A DNA stretch of 58,643 nucleotides, the filler included, from Sphacelaria rigidula (taxonomy: Eukaryota), in the NCBI GenBank assembly GCA_964200075.2. It is 6 parts of 6 records of this genome, joined end to end, with 100 filler letters (N's around TTAATTAATTAA, not from the genome) between each part and the next. Parts side by side here need not be neighbours in the genome. Positions count along the whole stretch, not along the records: positions 9,792 to 19,482 come from CAXNAA020007956.1; positions 19,583 to 29,273 come from CAXNAA020007957.1; 4 more parts are not named here. One strand, written 5' to 3'. Below, piece by piece: positions 9,896 to 22,600 of the stretch. The position numbers were made by a program, and so were the translations under genes. The notes below the pieces were generated by a model. That model was not told the DNA's origin. It worked only from the letters and a program-made list of their open reading frames with translations, and searched no databases. Position 1 is the first letter of the stretch. The number at the start of each line of letters is the position of its first letter.

Positions 9896-12649
9896 ATCTG
9901 CGCTCATGATTGAATGATTTGCGGGCTGATCGATTTGCCGGCGTCCTGAGACTACCCAGCCTCAGGTTCTGACCCTTGAATATTCTTGCTCGATTGAAGC
10001 AATCCCGATCGTTTTTTTTATTGATTGCCCTGTGCCCAGGGCGCTTCCAATTTCAATATATTTCAGTGTTTGTGACGTCGCGGTCTTGGATTGCGGCGGT
10101 ATAACCGGAGTGGTCTCGGCTGGACCCTTGTTCAAAGTGGCTTTAAAATGAAGGTCTGTCGCACGCACCCGGGGTACGGTAATGTGTCGTTGCACGGAAG
10201 CGTAAAGTTATATATTGAGGCATAAATCGTGTTCGTGTTATCGCGGTCGCCTACATTCGCAAGGGCTCGCGGCAAGCCGGCGCTGAGACGCGAGCCGTTT
10301 CACGGCATACTCCCGCTAGGCCGTCCCGCACTAGTCCCAGCCATTACCATGCCTGTTTTTAAGTACACGTACGGGGCTTGCTTCTCGGTATGCCATGGAC
10401 TGTGAGTTGCAAACTGCTGTTTTCTCGGGAAGACAAGAGACAACGTCAAGCATCAAGTAGCTGCACGCTGGGCCGAGGGGCCCCACATCGGGAAATGACG
10501 GCACAACCCCCCCCAGGTCGCCCAAACCTCATTTTGGGGCCGTGGGAGGGATGGGGGAGGGGGGGGGGGCGGGTACCCTATTTCAGGAAGGGGGGTACCC
10601 CCCTGATCCACCGATGATTGCGGTAGTGGTTGCTGTGTTTGTACGCATCGGTCTTAGACCGTACTGTATGGCAGTCACAAAAACGGATCTGTACGCAGAT
10701 GGGGGAACCTCAGATCCGGAAACGCGTTGTATTGACCCAAATAATATATATATAATGAATTAATTAATTGGCTGGTTGGTTGGTTGGGAATGGATGGTAT
10801 GGTTTGTTTGTTGAATTTTATTTATTGGACAAGGGGAAGACAATATGGCCCAAATCGGGGAAGCTCAGATTCGTTTGTCACGATTTGAGAACGGTTTTCC
10901 ACGAATCTGAGCGCGGATCCATGGAAAATCGGGAGGGTGCAGGGTGACAAGCACACCGCAGGACGTCACATCCTTAGCCTATCCCTGTCCTGTATTGATT
11001 CCGCGCTGTCGTATGCAGTTCGCCACGTCATGAACGCAGCCGCTTGTACCTGCGGCCAACGTGTATGTGGGATATCACCCCTAGCTACGCGTATTATCGC
11101 TACGCTACATTTTGTCGAGCTGTCCGTGTTGCAGCTATATACCGTGCGTTTGCCCCAGGTAGCGCACGCAGGAGTGAAAGGCCGCCTCCGCCGCTGTAAT
11201 GGTTGCCTACCTACAAAAACTCCTCTGTTGGCTTTCTCCTGTGTGACCCCGTTGCGCAATACACTTTCAACATCGTATTCGTACTGACTGTAGAAATCTT
11301 TGTCCATGCAGGGTCTGGTACATTTCCACATATAATGCAAGGTCTGGTACATTTTCACACGTGAATGTATTTAATGTTGCTCAGTGAGATCGTGAAAAAA
11401 TCCGCAACATCTGGGCGGACTGCAGGTGAGGCAACCGCCAAAATATTCACCTGCAAACTCTCTCCAGTGCACTGTAAGTTGATATCGCTACAAGGACACT
11501 ACCATGACCACATTGCCGGCTGCCAAACTGTCAGAACGTAGGATCCGCTAGCATTGCTACTGTCTGTACCGGGATGTTGACCCCTTGTCGGAAACGTGGG
11601 GAAGGATCCGTGGCACAACGCAGTGCTCGCGTCAAGCAGCTGCACGCTGCGCGTTCTCACTCAAGAAATTGATTTGGAGGAGGATACGACGTAGTAGGCA
11701 GTAGCAACTGCTGTGTGTCCAGGTGCCCCTTGAAGCAAGATGCGTTTGGTTTCTGTTTGACAAAGTTTTCCCCCCAAAAGCGAAACCAATGGGGGTTTCA
11801 GAGCGGAAAAATCTAGGAAAAAACGAGTCGCATGAAACCGGTTAGTCGGTTTCTCACCCTGAGCAGAAAGTAAATTCACGAAGTGAAATTCGAAATTCCA
11901 TCTTTTTATTGCGCTGGAGCCGAAAAACTGTTTTTCCGGACCAGTGTCGGAAGAAAAACGATGCCAACGTCCTTCAAACATTTCTGGAAATGACATATAA
12001 CAACGTTTTGGTGAGATTGAGAGTAAAGGATACGTGATTAAGAGTGATGAGCGGTCAGTTTGTGAATGAATCGCTTCAGCTCCGACATGAACCTCCACGA
12101 GGCCAGATATGCTTTCTGAGGCCCTCGATATCCCTGAGTACGATATCGACGTGTAGCTGTAAGCACACGCCAGTGATGTAGGCAAAGAAAAGCACACACG
12201 TGATGAAAAATAGATTGCTCTTCTTCGCAATCGCGCTTCCAATTTTCTTTTTTCCTTTTCCTTTGTTAGGCTACTTGTTATGTATCGAAAAATATATAAC
12301 TTGTTGAAAAAAAGTGTTTTTTTAATCCTTCTCCGTCGTTCTTGCCCCGAAAAGAGGCCTCGGCGGATGTTGACACCTGAGACCGTTCCAGAGCACCTCT
12401 GGGTTTTCCGTAGGTCAAAATGTAATGCGTGAGAAGAACGCGTGCTCATAAGACCGTACCGTAGCTCGAAACACCTCAGTATCGTTTTCCAAAACCAATC
12501 GTGCCGGTCCCTGCAGGTACCACGCCCCTGACCCCAACCCCGACACTAACCCTAACCCTAACCCCAACCATATGGATGTTCAACTTTCGACGCGGTCCTC
12601 CAAGCACGCGGTCCTCTCACGCATTACAACAGTTTCGTTCTTGGCCAAA

Positions 12650-14062
12650 AATTAGACAGTGCAGTACAGACTGCTGTACAACAGTGGCGGCCTGTACTGC
12701 CCAGATGGTGTATGTTTCGCACAGCATGCGGGCGCGATGTAGAGACAGGCGGGCAACGCGACACACAGCAGACTTGACAGACAGTACAGCTTTCTGACCC
12801 TCTGCATACATGAGGATGCAAAGCAGATTTTTGAACCATGTGCAGTTTTTCACCGCCTCTACGGTCCATGAGCGCGTTGGCAATTCGATCGCCCACCCCG
12901 ACACGCAACTCCGTCGGTGGACCCCGCTACAAAATTAGATGCCGACGTTTTCGCCAACAAAAAGGAACACATCATGCCCAGACAGTGGTGGTGTCGGTTT
13001 CTTATTACTGCTGCAGTGTATATCCCTGTGCTGAGTTCGTGATCTATGCCGCAGCATTGGGTAGGTAGCTGCGAATGAACCATTTGAACACGGGATCTTA
13101 CAAATTGGGGAAGGATCTTTTATTGGGAATGAGAACCTGGAAGATTAAAATCTTCGTATCTACACAAAATCTTCGAAATATGGTCCCATTTCTTCTCCTA
13201 CTGATAGCCATCGACAACTGCTACAAGCCATAGAAATTTGGATTTTCGGTCACCGAAATGTTGGGGTCCAAGGTGAAAAAACATTTTTGGGGAATCCCGG
13301 GTGTCCGAACGGACGCCAAAATGGTTCCGAAATTGGTTTTTCACCTATGACCCCAACATTTCGGTGATCTAGATCCAAATTTCTATGGCATGTGGCAGTT
13401 ATCGATACCTATCAGTAGGTGAAGATATGAAACCATATTTCGAAGATTTGGTGTGGATACGAAGATTTTAATTATCCGGGTTTCTCATCCCCAATAAAGA
13501 TCCATCCCCAATTCGTAAGATCCCGTGTTTTTGGGTTTTGCGTAATTTTGTGAAAGGGTAGTATCTGGCAGGGTCGTGTGCAACATAGGTACTTCTTTGC
13601 CTAAATACAGTACAGTGCAGACAGTACAGACTGTACAACAGTAGTGGTGCCCTGTACTACTGTGTTGTGTAGATAGTGTGTGTGTTTCGCGTAGCATGCA
13701 GCCGCGATGTGGAAAAGAAGCGGGCAACGCGGCATACAGCAGATTTGACAGACAGCACAGCTTTCTGACTCTCTGCATACAGGAGGATGCGAAGGAGATT
13801 TGAACCATGTGCAGTTTTGCACCGCCTCGACTGTCCATGAGTGCGTTGGCAATTCGATCATCCACCCCAACACGTAACTCCGTCGGTGGACCCTGCCACA
13901 AAACTAGATGCCTGAGTTTCCGCCGACAAAAAGGAACACATCATGCCAAGACAGTGGTGGTGTGGGTTTCTATCACTGCAGTGTGTGTATCCCTGCGCTC
14001 ACTTCGTGATCTGTGCCGCAAGGTCGAGTAGGTAGCTGTGAATGAACCATTTGAGTTTTGCG
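12650..14062 (+). repeat. Two direct copies (~12650-13088, ~13600-14062) of an interspersed repeat, related to 29394-29740 and 52990-54150
   Basis: Shared blocks include TTTGAACCATGTGCAGTTTT, GCGTTGGCAATTCGATC, AACTCCGTCGGTGGACCC and CAAAAAGGAACACATCATGCC. Confidence 0.8.
13089..13527. mobile_element. MITE with ~200-bp inverted arms, hAT-like
   Basis: The termini are CACGGGATCTTAC / GTAAGATCCCGTG. It is inserted in the repeat above. The empty site in copy 2 is CATTTGAG and the filled-site flanks are CATTTGAA / TTTTTGGG, a degenerate 8-bp TSD. Confidence 0.75.
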
Positions 14063-15047
14063 TACTTCTGAGGGAAACGGTCAAGCGATAAAATAGCAGG
14101 GGAAAATTCCGATCATCTGATTGTTTTGTAAGCATGCAGCAGTATCAGCAACGTGCCAGGTGCATGGGAAATATCGCACGACGAAACGCGGACCGCCTCC
14201 CGCACGAGAAGCAGCAGCAGCAGCAGCATATTTATATTTATTGCCAGTAAATGTACGTGGCTGGGGGTGGGTCTGAACCAACCGGTGCCGATGCTGCTGT
14301 TGTTGCTGCTGCTCTTGATCGTAGACGGTCCGCGTTTCGACCGTGCGACAACACCCACGCACCTTGCGAGTGATAGCCACCGTGCTGGACAGCGCTGGGT
14401 ACGTACTACCCGCCGATGGGTCCATGCTTGCTTACTCAGCACTCGGCAAAGAATCCAGCGCACACTACACCATGTTCTTCGTGGAGTGTTCAAATGCACA
14501 ACAGCACACCGACAACTACAGCATAGAAATGATGGGTGTGGGAAGCACCTTGTTCGTTGCAACGAGAGAAGCGCATCCATACTGTGTACAGTGCGTGTTC
14601 AGGTTCTAAAAAACACTGCAGAAGCTGTGTTGTGTCGTGTTATATTCATTGTAGTACTCTGTACTCCATATACCACCCCAGAATTGTAATGTGTTCAGTG
14701 TAGTACCCTGTACTCCATACAATGCGGTCACGTTTTGAGCAGTTTTTCTAGAAATTCTGCTTGTTCTTTGAAAAGTCATGCTTTTTTTTTCAAGTTCTCC
14801 TTGTTTTTTTGAAAGTACTCCGAAAAAATGAGACGGTTTTCTGCAACAGAAAGCCAATGCCGAATCTGGAATAGCCTGAGACAACGACCAATTTGAAAAT
14901 TGGAATTTCTCGGCTGTTTTTTTAGTCAAAAGCATATATTTTGTTTTTTCAACTCACTGTTGAACTATGCGGCCGAGCGGCGGCAAAAAAATCAGTCGGC
15001 CCGAAAATGGCCGTACTTCGCCCCTTTCTCAGGGGCAAAAAAAAGGG

Positions 15048-15593
15048 TCAGATTGAACCAACTGGTCGGTCCAGGAAATTCCCGGTCGTCTCGTCCACCT
15101 GATCGCAAATTAAGTCGATTCGGCGAAGCTTCTGAGCAGGGAAAAGGGAGGGTCTGATGCGGCAAGCCACCTTTACCGCCCTTTCTTTTTTGAACCACCG
15201 CCGCACGGTACCGTAATTCAGCCCCATGTCTTTCAGCTGATCGGACACCTGCCGGATCGTAAGTGACCGATTCTGCCTGTTGACGTTCTTCAGGGCCGCA
15301 ACCTTTGTTGGCGTGGGGAGCGACGGGCGTCCAATCCTTGCGTTGTTCGGAAGGTCGACCTCCTGGGTAGCGTCAATCTGGGCTTCGGCGTTTTTCTACA
15401 ATTTCGTCGGGTACTCGGGACCAACACCGTAGCATTCGCAAATTGACGCCAGCAAGCCCTTGGGCACCCTCACCTTGCCCGGCGGAATAGCGAGCGCTAC
15501 CTCCATCGCACTCGCACAGCGGCGACCCAATTGTAGCTCGTCACCCATTCGGCGAGGGGGAGGGGAGGGTGCGGTCCTCGGGGGCAAGTCCAT
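15048..15593 (-). pseudogene. Mariner-like transposase N-terminal fragment (premature stop at 15396-15398, truncated before DDD/E)
   Basis: One frame reads MDLPP...YPTKL*KNAEAQ...RIGRPSLPTPTKVAALKNVNRQNRSLTIRQVSDQL...GTVRRWFKK...RIRPSLFPAQKLRRIDLICDQV. This contains a GRP linker, a second HTH and the RP.L...K..R motif of mariner transposases. Confidence 0.7.
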
Positions 15594-15977
15594 CGTTTTG
15601 TGCTGTCTGTGGGCTACGTGTGGGATGTATAACACGAATTCTCAAAATAGTTTATCAAAAGAAGCCAAAATGGGGTATATTCTGACCTGATTTTACTATT
15701 GAAAACGAGGGGTTTTTTTCATCAGCTTCGTATGCGTTTTATCTCTTTATAGAACCCAACTACAAGTCATCGTCAACACCGTTGTACCCAAACTAAAAAC
15801 CGTCCATAACCGCCCAGACTTGAGGAACAGGAAGTATACAGCACGGAGTCGGTCGGTTTCTCACCAAACATCAGCACCTACATACAAGCGATTGCCCAAA
15901 AAACTCACAAGACTAAGTGAAATACAGTAGAACAAAAACTGCCCGGTGCCACGTGGATCCCTACAAGCCGACAACCT

Positions 15978-16952
15978 TCAGCTAGGCTGGCGTCGCTTGT
16001 AGCCAATCCGTTGCAGTTGTCGCCCAGCCCCACGGATTGAAATATTGATCCCAAACGATTTGCTCATGAAGTCGACCACATATTTTTGGCACACCCGTCT
16101 CCCAGCGTCTTTTTCACCGCGTACGTAAGCAATAAATTGCGCCTGCTGGGATTTGTTCAGTAACACCCGCTTGTCCGTGTCTGACTTGACGGTTCCCCGT
16201 TGTGCTCCCGATGTTGTCAACAGGCCCTTCTCCTTGAACCAGAATGCACGGATTTTATAGACCCTTTTCTTCCCGACGCGATGGGTCGCCGCTGTGTTCA
16301 GCACGGCCATATTCGGAGAAGCGCCAGCCGCAACGGCGTTGAAATAAGTCTGCAGAATGCAACGCGACTGCCCCTCCGTCAAGACGCTTCCCGTTGCAGG
16401 GGCCAACAGCTCCAGCTCTTCACGGGCCCGCTCCGCTGTCACGTTGGCGAGGTCCTCGTCCCCCGACTCAGCAAGTGCTTTCTCGAGGAGGGCGTCGACT
16501 TTGGCTTCCTTGGCCGCCAAGGCCCGCTTCCTGACTTCCAGAGCTTCCCACTCCTCCTCGATCGTTTTCTCAACCTCCCGGGTCGGGTTGATGCGCTTGG
16601 CCTTAGCATGAGCGCGTCTCTCCGACACATTGATACGTTTTCCCACCGTAGCAACGCGCTTCTCCGCCCTCCTCATGCGCTCCACATGTTTTCTGTTGAG
16701 GCCGACGGTGCGAACAGTCACTTCGTTCTCCTGCGTGGTGACCGCCGGCTGTCCCCGCCCAAGTCGCTGGATATCAGGGGCTCGTTCGTTCGAGGGTGAT
16801 CGACTGGCTCCGCCTTCGTTTCCAGCCCGCGTGCAAACCCTGTCGCCTGTCGTAGAAGGCTGCGGAGAAACGGTGGAGCTGGTCGGGATCACCTCACCAA
16901 GGGGCAGTATCTGATCGTCACACGAGGTAGCACTGCTCTGTGTAGTCCCCAT
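15978..16952 (-). CDS. Uninterrupted 324-aa ORF (frame open to 17078): coiled coil plus IS630/Tc1-like HTH and winged-helix region, no catalytic domain
   Basis: It has a charged helical segment (EEEWEALEVRKRALAAKEAKV), an HTH-like AVLNTAATHRVGKKRVYKIRAFW, and a C-terminal FGINISIRGAGRQLQRIGYKRR resembling the IS630/Tc1 winged-helix motif. Confidence 0.6.
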   Translation of the reverse strand: MGTTQSSATSCDDQILPLGEVIPTSSTVSPQPSTTGDRVCTRAGNEGGASRSPSNERAPDIQRLGRGQPAVTTQENEVTVRTVGLNRKHVERMRRAEKRVATVGKRINVSERRAHAKAKRINPTREVEKTIEEEWEALEVRKRALAAKEAKVDALLEKALAESGDEDLANVTAERAREELELLAPATGSVLTEGQSRCILQTYFNAVAAGASPNMAVLNTAATHRVGKKRVYKIRAFWFKEKGLLTTSGAQRGTVKSDTDKRVLLNKSQQAQFIAYVRGEKDAGRRVCQKYVVDFMSKSFGINISIRGAGRQLQRIGYKRRQPS

Positions 16953-19627
16953 GAGCAAAGCGAGTTGGTGAACTTTCACTGACGAGCGCCGTAGAGCACA
17001 GCCCGTAACAAAACGGTCCCGCAGGCTGCGGAGCAACGTAGGCAGTGAGTGCATCACACAAATAGCAGAAAAGAGCATGTGTGCGAAAAAGGTGCGGTGC
17101 GGTCAGTGCGGCATCCCATATAAAACTTCGCGTCGTTCTGAAACAGATTCCGATCCGAACTTGCTTTGACTCGGCAAGCGCTACCCTGCCGTCACCTACG
17201 GTAACGGGAGTACAGATACACCGGGTGTGCGGTGAGGGAAGAATTAGGATAGCGTCCCGTTGCAATCATTCCATTTTCTGGCTTTACTTCACACGTACGG
17301 TATTGTGCGGTGTGAGACGCTACTGTACTACCACTCGTACACGACTTGCAGTGTTGTACGGTACAAGCAGGGTACTGGTGGCTGCGTCTGCGATCCGTTT
17401 GAAATTGCGATTTCGGCCCATTTCGAACCTCCCACCAAATAGATGACCAGCTGTGAGGCAAAATCGCGAACACTGTGTTTATCGAATGTATTTCACGTTC
17501 ATGACAAAAAAAAGCACAGACGTGACTGATTACATGTCGGTCGGTGCGATACTGTTTGTACTGCCTGTACTGTACTACTCTTTGCATCACTTTTATCATG
17601 GCTGCGATTGACTCTCAGACAGCCAGAGTAGGTCATCTGTTGAATCGGCATCAACCTCACGTGAACAACTTCTGCATGATCCTGATGAACTACCCTTGCG
17701 GTCTGAAGGTTCAATCCCCTTGAATATCATATATTTCGACCACGACGTGAAACTCCACATGAGGCGATCACGAAATGCAGCGGTTAAAGTTGTCACGACA
17801 CACGCACATCATGAGCGATCCCGTACGTTGGGCATTAGTATGTGCAAATTCACAAAAACGCGATGGTATTGGACACCGCTGCGAAATTCCGAACCTCTAC
17901 TACACGTGAGTCGTTGATGTGGCACCATGAAGCATCGCGAAGAATGCTGCATAGGGTTGGTGGAGTGGCCTTAGCTGTTGTATAGCCGGAGAAAGAAATA
18001 TTCTTGCGATGGTATACAGCAGAGTGGCGAAAAATAAGATGACTTCAACGAACATCAACGAGCAGGGGAGAAACAGTAGGGCGCTCCATCATATACTAGG
18101 TCCAAGAGAATGAGCCACAACCCCCAGTAACATTTGAACGAAAAAATGAGCACCGCATACATTTCCCGTGCCATCTGCACTTAAATATCTTGAAGTACTA
18201 AAAGGCATCTACCGCTGGCACATCGGTATCTCCGATTCCATGCAGCACAGCGTGAGGTTGATAGGGTGGCCTAGTCTCTGCACAGTGTTTGCCACCTACC
18301 TACCCCCTCTGATGCCATCATGAGCTACGCAACGTTCCATAACACTGAATAGAGATAGAACCAATGAATACTGTATTGTTTGTTGCGTTCAGTCGCCGAC
18401 GGAAAATATTCATCTGTGCCGTACACTGTCCAGCAGCGCGGTACCATAGAGTACCGTTAAGACGAGATGACACGCAGGAGGTTGCTAACAACGCCTTAAT
18501 GGTATTAAGACTACCAACTCACGTCGGAGAGTACGTGCTTCAATACATGACAGCAGTTGTGGTAATCAACGTCCACCACTTACATGCGCATTTCCGCATA
18601 AAGTGCCTATTCAGCGTACCGAACGTATACCCACGTCGCTTGGCCAAAAAAACGATCAGAGGAATATACGTACTACTTTCCATACACTCAGCATTCACCT
18701 GTTCAGATAAATACTTGAAAAAACAAGAAGATTCGACACCAACTTTGACCATGGGTGATATTGGGCGAGCTGGGGAGGCTTCAAGGTCAAAGAGTTAAAA
18801 GTGGTACGCTACAGACAAGCAGGTGGCGCGTACCATTGTTGGAACTGATAACGTTTTCTCTCAACGAAGAGGCGCGACTCGTCCTGGTGGAATTTTGTAT
18901 GCCATGTTCTGCAGTCGGTAACCTCTTACGACTTCACCTCTGTGTAAGAGGCACCGTGACGTGCCGTTAATCGTTATAGCGCCCAACGCCCTTCTCTTCC
19001 GAGAATAGTGCCTGACAGTCCCGAGGATATTGAAGAATGACAATTGTATGCGTTAGTGATCTTTTCATGCCCCACAGGCGCTGAATAAGACAGGAATACA
19101 AATGTCCTTGTGTGCAGTATGGCGAGTGTAGCACTCGATGTTCATGACTGGGCACGCAACTTGCAGTTTTGGGCCATCGTCTGTCCGCTGCGACGACGCT
19201 CACAGCGACGAGCCCGCAGGCTATGGCTTGAACAACTTTCCTATGAGCCATACCACCTGCCGGGGCGGCACGGTCACTGCTCATGGTGGTCTCCACCCCC
19301 CAAACATAAGTGCACGGCACTGTGCTGCCGTCGGTACCGTACTCACGAAGACACGAATGGCAGCAACGGTCCGGCGGGCCCAGTCCCCCCCTGGCCTGAG
19401 CCGGTTAGACACCCATGAGGCAGTGTATAAGCCGTGGCTGTCTCTGGAAGTGACGATACCGCAAAATAAAGCAATTCATTGTNNNNNNNNNNNNNNNNNN
19501 NNNNNNNNNNNNNNNNNNNNNNNNNNTTAATTAATTAANNNNNNNNNNNNNNNNNNNNNNNNNNNNNNNNNNNNNNNNNNNNAGTACGCCCCCCCCCCTC
19601 CCCCTCCCCGCCTGGTTGCACCTTCAG

Positions 19628-22600
19628 TTTCGTGAATCTACGGCGTGTAATCGACCGGGAGGCCGAGTCGAGAAACGACATGAAGGCAAGCAAATCCTCG
19701 GCGCGTCCCATCAGGCAGCGTAAGTTCCATGCAGGGCAACTAACTGTGGTCAAGCACCCCGATACCCATGAGTGGGGAGTGGCGAAGGTGTTAGAAGCCC
19801 ACCCGTCGAGCAGGTATGTACGGGGTACCTCATGTAGGCAGGCACAATGCTTGGTTTCGCTATTGCAGAGGCTCTTGGTAACTCTGGACCTAGCTTTGCA
19901 CGGTGAAAGTTTTGTATCAATGCGGGCGAGGTTGACGATCGCAGGCGGCGACAGAGCGGGCGCGTGCAAGGGCAGAAGGAGAGGTGTGCCGAAAAGCCGT
20001 TTGGTTCTGTTGCAAGGAAAGCCCCGAACTTTGACCCAGGACCCACAACTGCCCCTCCTACACCGCGCGCCGATTTTGTTGGGGAGAACACGGATTTCTC
20101 ATGGATTTCCCACAGTTCTGAGCCAACTACGGAATTGAAATATCTCACAGACGCAGGGCAGCGCCCAGACATCATGTTTCATTTACATGAGCAATTACGG
20201 GTGTCTCACAGCTGATACCAAGTCAAATGCGAATCTCCCACAGCTCAGGCGGCACCCAGGCATCATCATCTTCTGGAACATATCTGAATGAGACTGCAAT
20301 GGGGTGCAATAGTAACACGGTAAAAGCGTAACATCCCCCCCCCCCCACCTCCTGACCATTTTTATCGACTTTGGGGGTTTCCGGGGCTATGACTTCCGGT
20401 TCAACCTGCTACAACCCGCCTCACCTGTCTGCAGGAGGAGGACGGCAGGGAGGAAGATTCCTAGAGAATGTATCACAACAGAACCTTCTTCGCTGGTATC
20501 TTGGACCAAAACCAAGTATTGGCGCCAACATGACGCCCTAAGGTCGCCTTGAAAACCTCAAAGAACACCCTTCCGCCGTGATGATCAAGTCATAATTTCA
20601 AACGCTGTGATCAACATATATAGCCTCGCGATGTAAAATGTTTGACCCCTTGTCTCCCCCCGTCTCACCTCTTCGTATGCTTCCGTTCAGATACGATCTG
20701 GAGCTCCTCGGGCAGGAGGGCACCATCATCATGGGAGCGTCGTTTACAAGCATGCGTCACCTAGACCTCGCTGGGGTAGCCTCGGACAATGCAGCCGTCC
20801 GCGGTTCTCATGGCAGCGACGACGGTGCCAACATCGAGTCGGCGGGGGAACCCCGGGGTGGTTCTGCCGAGAGTTGGAATGAGTGCCATGATAACCCCCA
20901 ATACAGCCATCACCAGAAGACTAAAAAGCGCAGTATCGTGGAGGGGACAGAAACACCGCACGAGCAGCCTCACGAGGTTGGAGGGTTTGATGTACACGCC
21001 CAGGTTTACGTGCTAAGGCGAGGGAAGAACGAAAGCGCTGACCTGCAGGTGCGATAACGAAATAGCAACTCAAACGCATCACCATGAACATAACCATATG
21101 CTGCATAACTCTCAAGTTCGCGTGTTGAAGGGTGGGGATGGGGGTCGCAATTCTGCGATTCCTAGAGTCCCAGGTTTACTGTCACGTGGATGAATGGCCA
21201 GCTTCATACCTCGACATTTGGGTCGTAAAACGTTTCTGCCAGTATTCCAACTGTTTTCCTGCCGCGGTTGATCTCATCAACAACTCACGCAACCCTCTTC
21301 GTCCGGAAATCTACGTGGGTAAGTACTTCGACGAGTGGGGGAACAGGGGCCTTCGACACAGGGAGTAACCTCTTGGTTTGCTTGATCGATAGAGGACATG
21401 GTGTTGAAATAAGACTCCTTCGTTTGAGGATCTTACGTGGCCGAGACAAACGAAAAAAAATCATGACCAGCATACTCGCAGTGTTCTGTGTCCTCTCTAG
21501 GAGTTGATCAGTTCAACTTGAGCACCTTTCCGTCTCGGTCGACTGAATATGACTCAACTACAATCATATTCCGAGCCTGTGGCTTCGTTGTGCACGAATC
21601 TCCAGCACGACTCATTGGTCTTCTTCGACCCTGCCCCGCGTCAACCTTACCATATTTCGAAGGACACGGAGAGCTGGAGGCCTGGGAGAATCATTGCCGC
21701 CAAAAGCAACGGCCTCTTTGCGGTGCAATACGACTCCGAAAAAGGCCGTCCGAAGGAAGATCGCATCGCCGAAGCCCGCCTAAGGTTCCGCGACGCCCCC
21801 CGCAGTATACATGTTGGAAATGGCGACGACCGTGGTGATATCAACTCTCGCCATTCAGCTAACACCGGCGTAATTACCGAAGGCGACGTGGTACTGGCTA
21901 GAGGGAAAGGAAGGGGAGGTGAGGAGTCTGCGATGGCGACGGTGGTGAAGATGACGGCAGACAACATTTTAGTCATGGAGTATCTTGACGGATCGGGTAC
22001 GTTCAAGGCGGAACCCGCTCAAGTGAGGTACGTCCACCCGCATGATCACCGTTTCATAGGTGAGCGTCTCTTGCGTGCGAGCGAAGGCGGTGGTGTATAA
22101 CATGTAGTTGACCGTTGTGTTCATGTATGTTATGCCCAAGATATTTGTTTTCGAGGTCATCTTGAATACTTCTAAGGATCTCTTTTGTCGCTCCTCTTGT
22201 TTCACGATGCGTCATAGTCGACGAGTACCGGACTCTTCTATTACGTGCAACTGGCTGCGTATCTACCAAAAACGGGACAACGTTTGCTTGGACGGAACAT
22301 CAATGGAAGTCGAACTGCGTAGGGAATCCGCTTGTGAGCTCTTGACCATCACCGAAAATGATCTCTTGCTCGCGGGCCTAAACCACCTCATGGTGAAGGC
22401 ATATGACAGAAGCCAGTGACGGTGGGCGAAGATCGATGATAGGCGGACGTGGTCTATCGATACCCAAGCGGCCAATGAAGCTACGCAAGCTGAAAGTCGG
22501 GGAGGTAGTCATTGCCAAGAGACCGGACGGAACTGGTGGCGATAGCGACGGTGGCGACATCGGCAGAGACGGCTGGTTTGCCGGCAAGATCGTTTCTTCT

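Noticed and set aside
15048..17078. Fanzor/TnpB system associated with IS630/mariner
   Set aside because: No RuvC or zinc-finger motifs were seen in any listed frame nearby.
18400..18752. Second hAT dimerization remnant (KWW...ATSCVSSR, minus strand)
   Set aside because: The similarity is too weak and interrupted to support by eye.
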